DNA of 4,874 nucleotides from a virus (Duplodnaviria; Heunggongvirae; Uroviricota; Caudoviricetes): IMG/VR virus record IMGVR_UViG_2703718811_000006, positions 1 to 4,874 of that record; one strand, 5' to 3'. Shown piece by piece: positions 1 to 4,874 of this stretch (position 1 is its first letter; each line of letters starts with the position of its first letter). The notes under the pieces were generated by a model. It saw only the letters and a program-made list of their open reading frames with translations, ran no database searches and was not told where the DNA came from. The position numbers and the translations under genes were made by a program.

Positions 1-53
1 CGTAAAGATAACCAGTAAGTGCCTCCAGACGATCTAACGCATTATCCAGTTTA
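1..53 (-). other. Out-of-frame continuation of the tail-fibre gene: an open frame running off the left window edge that appears to encode the beginning of a peptidase S74-like intramolecular chaperone domain.
   Basis: The minus-strand alternate frame reads ...[20 protein letters not shown] with no stop through position 1. The pattern LDNALD.L..LTGY resembles the conserved segment that follows the SDxRxK cleavage motif in tail-fibre and endosialidase chaperone domains. It is in a different frame from CDS 34..1095. Confidence 0.45.
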
Positions 54-1095
54 CCAGATTTCGCTTGTTGCGTTTATCCGAGCGGATCTGAACATCGTTA
101 AATGATCCGTTTCCGTTTACCGTCAAATTTCCATTAATACCACCATCAAAAGTTTGTGCCTGAGTCCATGTATTGGCAGTAGTAAGCAGTTCTGTTCCTT
201 GCCCGGGGGCTCCAGGATCGCCTTTATCTCCCTTCGGACCCTGCGGCCCTTCCGGACCTGCTGGACCTGCCTCTCCCGGATCACCTTTGTCACCTTTCGG
301 CCCGGGTGCCCCTGCCGGACCTGTGGCTCCTGTATCCCCTTTTGGTCCCTGTGGCCCCGCCGGGCCTGTGGCTCCTGTATCCCCTTTCGGTCCCTGCGGT
401 CCTGCCGGACCTGTGGCTCCTGTATCCCCTTTTGGTCCCTGTGGCCCAGCCGGGCCTGCGGCTCCCGTATCTCCTTTCGGTCCCTGCGGTCCTGCCGGGC
501 CTGCAGCTCCCGTATCCCCCTTGTCGCCCTTCGGTCCCTGTGGACCTCCCGGGTCGCCCTGCTCACCTTTCGGGCCGGTATCCCCCTTATCGCCCTTGTC
601 TCCTTTATCCCCCTTTGGCCCCTGTGGGCCTGCCGGACCCGTATCGCCCTTGTCTCCCTTCTGTCCCTGCGGACCCGTTGCTCCGGTGTCGCCTTTCGGT
701 CCCTGTGGTCCCACCGCCGTTTCCGCTTTCCTCGCCGCTTCCTCTGCCCTGCTGACAGCCGCATCCGCCGCGTCTTCCAGTTTTTTCAGCGACTCAGGGT
801 AATAAGTGCTGTCCTGCTCACGCAGCAGAAACGCATTCAGTGTGCCCGGTTCGTCGTCTGCCATGACGTCAATCTCGCCAGCGCATGACGGCTGACGACC
901 TTCCACGCACAGGGTCACACGATAACGCCCCGGCTCAACCTGCATGGTGTAACTGCCTGTTTCCCCTGGCTGACACTCCGCCACCGTGGTGACTATCACC
1001 GTCTCACTCGTTCGTGTGGCCTTCAGCTCTATGGTGCAGTCCGGTACCGGTTTTCCTGTACCATCCTTCAGCACGCCTGAAATCTGTACTGACAT
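34..1095 (-). CDS. stf: Side tail fibre protein with a lambda Stf-like N-terminal domain and a collagen-like Gly-X-Y repeat domain. As it stands the ORF ends prematurely at the start of the expected C-terminal intramolecular chaperone domain, so it is possibly a pseudogene or contains a sequencing error.
   Basis: The N-terminus [26 protein letters not shown] matches the lambda Stf N-terminus as I recall it ([25 protein letters not shown]). A short coiled-coil-like stretch ([25 protein letters not shown]) is followed by about 57 uninterrupted Gly-X-Y triplets (aa 129-300, nt 196-711), then [42 protein letters not shown], which resembles the approach to the Ser-Asp autocleavage site of peptidase S74-type chaperone domains. 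The ORF then stops after 12 more residues, while a different frame stays open to position 1. Confidence 0.85.
   Translation of the reverse strand: MSVQISGVLKDGTGKPVPDCTIELKATRTSETVIVTTVAECQPGETGSYTMQVEPGRYRVTLCVEGRQPSCAGEIDVMADDEPGTLNAFLLREQDSTYYPESLKKLEDAADAAVSRAEEAARKAETAVGPQGPKGDTGATGPQGQKGDKGDTGPAGPQGPKGDKGDKGDKGDTGPKGEQGDPGGPQGPKGDKGDTGAAGPAGPQGPKGDTGAAGPAGPQGPKGDTGATGPAGPQGPKGDTGATGPAGPQGPKGDTGATGPAGAPGPKGDKGDPGEAGPAGPEGPQGPKGDKGDPGAPGQGTELLTTANTWTQAQTFDGGINGNLTVNGNGSFNDVQIRSDKRNKRNLVNWIMR
321..500. repeat. Four tandem copies of a 45-bp unit (equivalently two copies of a 90-bp unit) inside the collagen-like coding region, with degenerate copies on both sides.
   Basis: Units begin at 321, 366, 411 and 456 (plus-strand unit ctgtggctcctgtatcccctttYggtccctgYggYccNgccggRc). 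Copies 321 and 411 differ at only one or two positions, as do copies 366 and 456. On the minus strand each unit encodes a 15-aa [14 protein letters not shown](A/T) repeat. A diverged copy follows at 501-545. Confidence 0.85.
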
Positions 1096-1104
1096 ATTCC
1101 CCCC

Positions 1105-1133
1105 ACAAAAAAGCCCACCAGAACCGGCGGGCT
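1105..1133 (-). terminator. Rho-independent terminator between the lom stop and the tail-fibre start.
   Basis: On the minus strand: AGCCCGCC-ggttct-GGTGGGCT (8-bp stem with one G-U wobble) followed by TTTTTTGT. It lies about 27 nt downstream of the lom TGA and ends just before the GGGGGG-aat-ATG start region of the tail-fibre gene. Confidence 0.5.
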
Positions 1134-1159
1134 GTCATAACTCTGTGTTACCTGGCTAA

Positions 1160-1759
1160 TCAGAATTTATAACCGACACCCACAATGAAACCGTCAGTGC
1201 GCCAGTCGCCACTGCCGGAGCCTTCATAAGCAATATCAATGGCCACGGATTCGGTCGGGTTAAACTGCACGCCAGCCCCCCACGCCAGTGACGTGTTGCT
1301 GTGGCGACCGTCATCACTTCCGGTCAGCACATCGTGCGTTTTCCCCTTGTTGTCAGTTACGCGGAGATAATCCCCGGAGAAAGTCGACACACGGCTGTAA
1401 GCCACACCCGCCATCGCATACGCGCTGAGCCCTTCATTCACGCGCACAGACGGCCCCGCCATTACGCTGAACCAGCGGTTACGAACGGAATCTTCATGCC
1501 AGCGGGTATCGCTGTAATGGGTCAGCTGGCGATTCTTGTCTCCTGCATAGCTGAAAGACGTCACCATCCCCAGTGTGTACGTAAACTCATAACGGTATTT
1601 CACATTAATCCCGTTCAGATTATCGCTGCCGGGAGCGTTCGTACGGGCATGAAGATACCCCGCGCTCAGCGTGGACTGATGTTCAGACGCCCATGCAGGC
1701 GCACCGGATACGGCCAGACAAATGGCTGCGGACAAAATGGCGGCATAAAGTTTACGCAT
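1160..1759 (-). CDS. lom: Lom outer-membrane protein (Ail/Lom/OmpX family 8-stranded beta-barrel), a prophage moron.
   Basis: The 199-aa ORF starts at ATG 1757-1759, with a GAGAGG Shine-Dalgarno 5 nt upstream. The N-terminus has a signal peptide (MRKLYAAILSAAICLAVSGAPAWA, then SEH after an AxA site). The body and C-terminus match lambda Lom as I recall it (GINVKYRYE..., SVMAGP, VSAYAMAGVA.SR, and the terminal DIAYEGSGSGDWRTDGFIVGVGYKF with the C-terminal Phe typical of OMP beta-barrels). Its position between J and the side tail fibre matches lambda. Confidence 0.95.
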   Translation of the reverse strand: MRKLYAAILSAAICLAVSGAPAWASEHQSTLSAGYLHARTNAPGSDNLNGINVKYRYEFTYTLGMVTSFSYAGDKNRQLTHYSDTRWHEDSVRNRWFSVMAGPSVRVNEGLSAYAMAGVAYSRVSTFSGDYLRVTDNKGKTHDVLTGSDDGRHSNTSLAWGAGVQFNPTESVAIDIAYEGSGSGDWRTDGFIVGVGYKF

Positions 1760-1780
1760 AATTACCTCTCGCTTTTCTGC

Positions 1781-1807
1781 AATAAAAAAGGCGTCATTTC
1801 TGACGCC
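1781..1807 (-). terminator. Rho-independent terminator between the J stop and the lom start.
   Basis: On the minus strand: GGCGTCA-gaaa-TGACGCC (perfect 7-bp stem, GNRA-type tetraloop) followed immediately by TTTTTTATT. It lies about 20 nt downstream of the J stop and ends about 20 nt before the lom ATG. Confidence 0.6.
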
Positions 1808-1825
1808 CGTTATGGGTTATAAAAT

Positions 1826-4800
1826 TCAGCTGATACTGATACCTGCTGTGGATTTCTTCATCACCACAACCAGCAAATCGCTGATACTTGCTGTGGGATA
1901 CCAGTTATTTACCAGCCATGCTGACACCGAAAACTCCAGCGTCACGTGGCCGCGACCAGCTGGCATATCAATAACACCACTGTAAATCAGCGTATTATCC
2001 AGCGCGGTACGGTTATAAATTTCAGCACCGTTTTTCCGTACTATCAGGCGGCATGACGAATAAATATCGTTATTCTCCCGCTCATGTTTAGCGCCGCTGA
2101 ATGCCACCGCCGGAATAACAATTTGCCTGTCAAAAGGCTGATCGTCATAAATCCTGACGGTAATGGTCCCTGATGGCCACCGCTCCGGTGCCCGGGAGTC
2201 CCGCGGGAAAGCCTTACCCACTGTTTTGACAATATCGCCTTCAATCTGGTTGGCTGACAGTTTCCCCTTAATCTGACAGTTCTCATTTATCGTGACGTTG
2301 TTGAGCGTCCCGGCGTTCGCATTCACACTGCCACTGATATCCGCATTTTTCGCCGTCAGCTTTCCGTCTGATGTCAGGGAAAATACCGGAGGACTGCCAC
2401 CGCTGGTAATGGTGGGGGCCGTCAGGCGTTTCAGGAACACGTCGTTCATGAATATCTGGTTGCCCTGCGCCACAAACATCGGCGTTTCATTCCCGTTTGC
2501 CGGGTCAATAAACGCGATACGGTTAGCGGCAACCAGGAACTGGCTCAGTTTACCGTCCTCCGTGTCCTCCATGCTGAGGCCAATACCCGCGACATAATGC
2601 CTGCCGTCTTTGGTCTGCTCAATTCTGACGCCCCACATGGCATTCCATTTATCACTGGCGTCTTTCCACTCTTTCGAAAACTCCTCCAGTCTGCTGGCGT
2701 TATCTTCCGTCAGGTCGACTTTTTCCAGCAGCTCCTTGCCGAGATGGGATTCGGTTATCTGGCCTTTGAAAAAATCCAGGTAACCTTCCGCATCATCGCT
2801 CGCCCGACCGACGGCCTCCACAAATGCCGATTTGCCAACGGTGTTCACACTGCGGATATAAAAGTAATAATCATGGCCCGGTTTGATATTGATACTGGCA
2901 GCTATCCAGTACAGCGCCGTGCCAAGATAGCGGGCTGTGGTTTCAACCTGCCTGATATCGGCAATCTGCTGTTCCGAAAACCAGAATTCAAACTGTACCG
3001 TCGGGTCATATACAGCCAGTTTCGGGACCGCCGTTATCTGAAAATACCCCGGTATCAGTTCAATGGTGGCAGGCGCTGCCGGGGCGTCAATCCGGAACGT
3101 GGTGGTGGCAGGTTCGCCCTGCTGGCCATAGCTGTTAATCGCCCTGACCGTCAGGGTGTATTCCCCGGGCGGCAGACCACTGAAACGGTGCGCCGTGTCT
3201 GCGGTGATGGCGGTGGTCACCAGGCGACTGTCATCCCCCCTTCCACTGGTCAGGCGCAGACTGAAGCTCACACCTTTCACCACCCGCGGTGTGTCCCACT
3301 TCGCCTGTGCCAGATACTGACCGTCAGCTGCACTCACCTCTACCGTGAGGTGCTGCACTGCCGGTGGAATAACGCTGTTCAGGGAGCCGGACAGCGGCTC
3401 AAAGCTGGCCCCGTTATCCACGATGGCTTCTTTTTCCGGTACGTGCTGCACTGCCGTGATGGCAAAGGTGCCGTCCGTGTTTTCCCGGATGGCGACACAG
3501 CGGAACAGGCGACGTCGAAGACCGGGAATTTTCAGTCCCCACACACCGTATGTCGCCACGCCATCAGGCAGGGCACTGACCTGTATCCGGGCAGGGGCCG
3601 GTTGTGCCGTGATGTCCACACTCACCGGCTTACCGCTGCCGTTAATCAGGTTCACCGTGGCGGTACCGGTCTGCGGAAGCGTCACCTCACGGTCCAGTGT
3701 CAGGGTGCGGCTGGCGGCATCGATGGACAGGACACGTCCGCCGGTCAGGGTCCCGGCATAGTCGTTATCACAGATTTCAATGATGTCACCGGGTGTGTGA
3801 CGCAGCCCCTGTGACCCGAGCGTGAAATCCACCGTCTGCGTTTCCAGCAGTCCGGTCTTTATCACCCACAGTCCGGCGCGATGAGCCTGACCGCGACTGG
3901 TACAGCCGAACGCGTCCATCTTCAGCAGGTTGCGTCCGTAGCGCAGTATGGCTTCCGGGTCTTCCACCAGTTCCGTGGAGGTCTGCCAGCCGTTCTGCGG
4001 GTCGGTGTAATTCACCTCCACCGCCGTGTGCCGGTCCTTCAGGGCACTGAAGCTGTAGCGGAACCCCACGCCGTTATCATCCACCACCACATCGCTGCTG
4101 GTGTACGGCCACACCACATCCGACGGGCGGTCCTGAACGAACGTCAGCGTCTGGCCGTTCCATACCGGCATACAGCGCATCGCCGAGCAGAAATCACTGA
4201 GAACGTCCCACGCCTTACGCTGTTGTGACAGGTATGCATTAAAGGTCATCCGCGGCTCTGTGCCCCCGAAGCCGTCCGGGACACGCTGGTCACAGTACTG
4301 CCCGATGGCATACAGCGCCCATTTGTCCACGTCCGCGGCCCCCAGACGTTTTCCCATCCCGTAGCGCGGGTGGGTCAGCATGTCCCACAGACACCAGGCC
4401 GGGTTGTTGCTGTATGCCGGTTTCAGACTGCCGTCCCAGATACCGCTGTAAGTGCGTTTTTCCGGGTCGTAGTTTGACGGCACCTGGATGATGCGACCGC
4501 GGATATGGTAGTTAACCGTCATCTGCTGGCCGCCGAACTGCTCCGCATCCACCTGCAGCCCCACAATGGCCGTGTTCGGGTAGCACTGTTTCACATCGAT
4601 GATTTCGGTGTATGACGACCACAGCGTTCTGTTCTGCAGCTGGTCCGTGGTGCTGTCCGCCGTCTCCCGGACCATCCGGATGTTAAAGGGACGGGGAGGC
4701 AGATTATCCAGAATCACCGACGCCAGAAACTGCGAGGTGGTCTTGCCGTTAATGGTGACATCCTTTTCCGTCACCCAGTTACCGTTACGCTGTAACTGAA

Positions 4801-4874
4801 TCAGCAGCCGGACAGAAGCCGGATTACGGTCACCCTGTGAAGTTGTCTGCACCAGTGACTGCACCCCGAAGGTG
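1826..4874 (-). CDS. J: Host specificity protein J (tail tip / central tail fibre), lambda gpJ family. Partial: the 5' end lies beyond the window's right edge. Stop codon TGA at 1826-1828.
   Basis: The 1012-aa ORF is collinear over nearly its whole length with lambda J as I recall it, with long near-identical blocks (e.g. [208 protein letters not shown]). The 'start' at 4864 in the ORF track is an internal GTG; the frame stays open to position 4874, so the true N-terminus (about 120 aa by analogy with lambda J) is upstream of the window. Confidence 0.95.
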   Translation of the reverse strand, partial: TFGVQSLVQTTSQGDRNPASVRLLIQLQRNGNWVTEKDVTINGKTTSQFLASVILDNLPPRPFNIRMVRETADSTTDQLQNRTLWSSYTEIIDVKQCYPNTAIVGLQVDAEQFGGQQMTVNYHIRGRIIQVPSNYDPEKRTYSGIWDGSLKPAYSNNPAWCLWDMLTHPRYGMGKRLGAADVDKWALYAIGQYCDQRVPDGFGGTEPRMTFNAYLSQQRKAWDVLSDFCSAMRCMPVWNGQTLTFVQDRPSDVVWPYTSSDVVVDDNGVGFRYSFSALKDRHTAVEVNYTDPQNGWQTSTELVEDPEAILRYGRNLLKMDAFGCTSRGQAHRAGLWVIKTGLLETQTVDFTLGSQGLRHTPGDIIEICDNDYAGTLTGGRVLSIDAASRTLTLDREVTLPQTGTATVNLINGSGKPVSVDITAQPAPARIQVSALPDGVATYGVWGLKIPGLRRRLFRCVAIRENTDGTFAITAVQHVPEKEAIVDNGASFEPLSGSLNSVIPPAVQHLTVEVSAADGQYLAQAKWDTPRVVKGVSFSLRLTSGRGDDSRLVTTAITADTAHRFSGLPPGEYTLTVRAINSYGQQGEPATTTFRIDAPAAPATIELIPGYFQITAVPKLAVYDPTVQFEFWFSEQQIADIRQVETTARYLGTALYWIAASINIKPGHDYYFYIRSVNTVGKSAFVEAVGRASDDAEGYLDFFKGQITESHLGKELLEKVDLTEDNASRLEEFSKEWKDASDKWNAMWGVRIEQTKDGRHYVAGIGLSMEDTEDGKLSQFLVAANRIAFIDPANGNETPMFVAQGNQIFMNDVFLKRLTAPTITSGGSPPVFSLTSDGKLTAKNADISGSVNANAGTLNNVTINENCQIKGKLSANQIEGDIVKTVGKAFPRDSRAPERWPSGTITVRIYDDQPFDRQIVIPAVAFSGAKHERENNDIYSSCRLIVRKNGAEIYNRTALDNTLIYSGVIDMPAGRGHVTLEFSVSAWLVNNWYPTASISDLLVVVMKKSTAGISIS

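Noticed and set aside
321-500. The 45-bp direct repeats as a possible CRISPR array or regulatory iteron set.
   Set aside because: The units are directly adjacent with no spacers, sit in frame inside a coding sequence, and encode the collagen-like 15-aa repeat. This is a coding tandem repeat, not a CRISPR array.
123-888. Four long overlapping ORFs (123..764 -, 154..888 +, 173..802 +, 306..755 +) across the tail-fibre gene.
   Set aside because: They overlap the collagen-like region, where the GGN/CCN triplet periodicity removes stop codons in several frames on both strands. Their translations are low-complexity Pro/Arg/Ser-rich strings with no start or RBS context. They are frame artefacts of the real minus-strand gene 34..1095.
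1301-1822. Plus-strand 173-aa ORF antisense to lom.
   Set aside because: It overlaps lom entirely, and lom has an unambiguous signal peptide and family match. The antisense translation has no recognisable features.
2044-4799. ORFs inside or antisense to J: 2597..3814 + (405 aa), 3345..3761 +, 3881..4228 +, 2292..2597 +, 4599..4799 + and 2044..2286 -.
   Set aside because: All lie within the strongly supported J reading frame. Their translations are Arg/Gly/Pro-rich with no recognisable domains, as expected from antisense or off-frame reading of a GC-rich gene. There is no independent evidence for nested genes.
4862-4864. Apparent start codon of J at 4864 in the ORF track.
   Set aside because: It is an internal GTG. 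The frame stays open to the window edge, and by homology with lambda J roughly 120 N-terminal residues are missing, so the gene is truncated by the window rather than starting here.
1-4874. Search for a novel defence or accessory system (toxin-antitoxin, restriction, abortive infection, retron and similar).
   Set aside because: The whole window is accounted for by three well-known lambdoid structural or moron genes and two short terminator-containing gaps (1096..1159 and 1760..1825), with no unexplained ORFs or structured non-coding stretches. Accessory hotspots in lambdoid prophages usually lie elsewhere (downstream of the tail fibres, or near the immunity and lysis regions), outside this window.

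Overview
The window is the host-range end of a lambda-like (lambdoid) prophage tail late operon from an enterobacterial genome, most likely Escherichia or Shigella. All three genes are on the minus strand, in lambda order: host-specificity protein J (5' end outside the window), then the lom outer-membrane protein gene, then a side-tail-fibre gene (stf-like) with a long collagen-like Gly-X-Y domain. lom is bracketed by two intrinsic terminators, the classic 'moron' layout. I see no CRISPR array, RNA gene, transposase, toxin-antitoxin pair or recognisable defence system, and no evidence of a novel system. The points worth a second look are: (i) a probable single-base frameshift at the 3' end of the tail-fibre gene that cuts off the C-terminal intramolecular chaperone domain; (ii) near-perfect 45-bp tandem repeats inside the collagen-like coding region; (iii) a divergent J C-terminal (receptor-binding) region; (iv) the terminator-flanked lom cassette. 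All identifications rest on reading the translated ORFs and on remembered family signatures; no database search was run.
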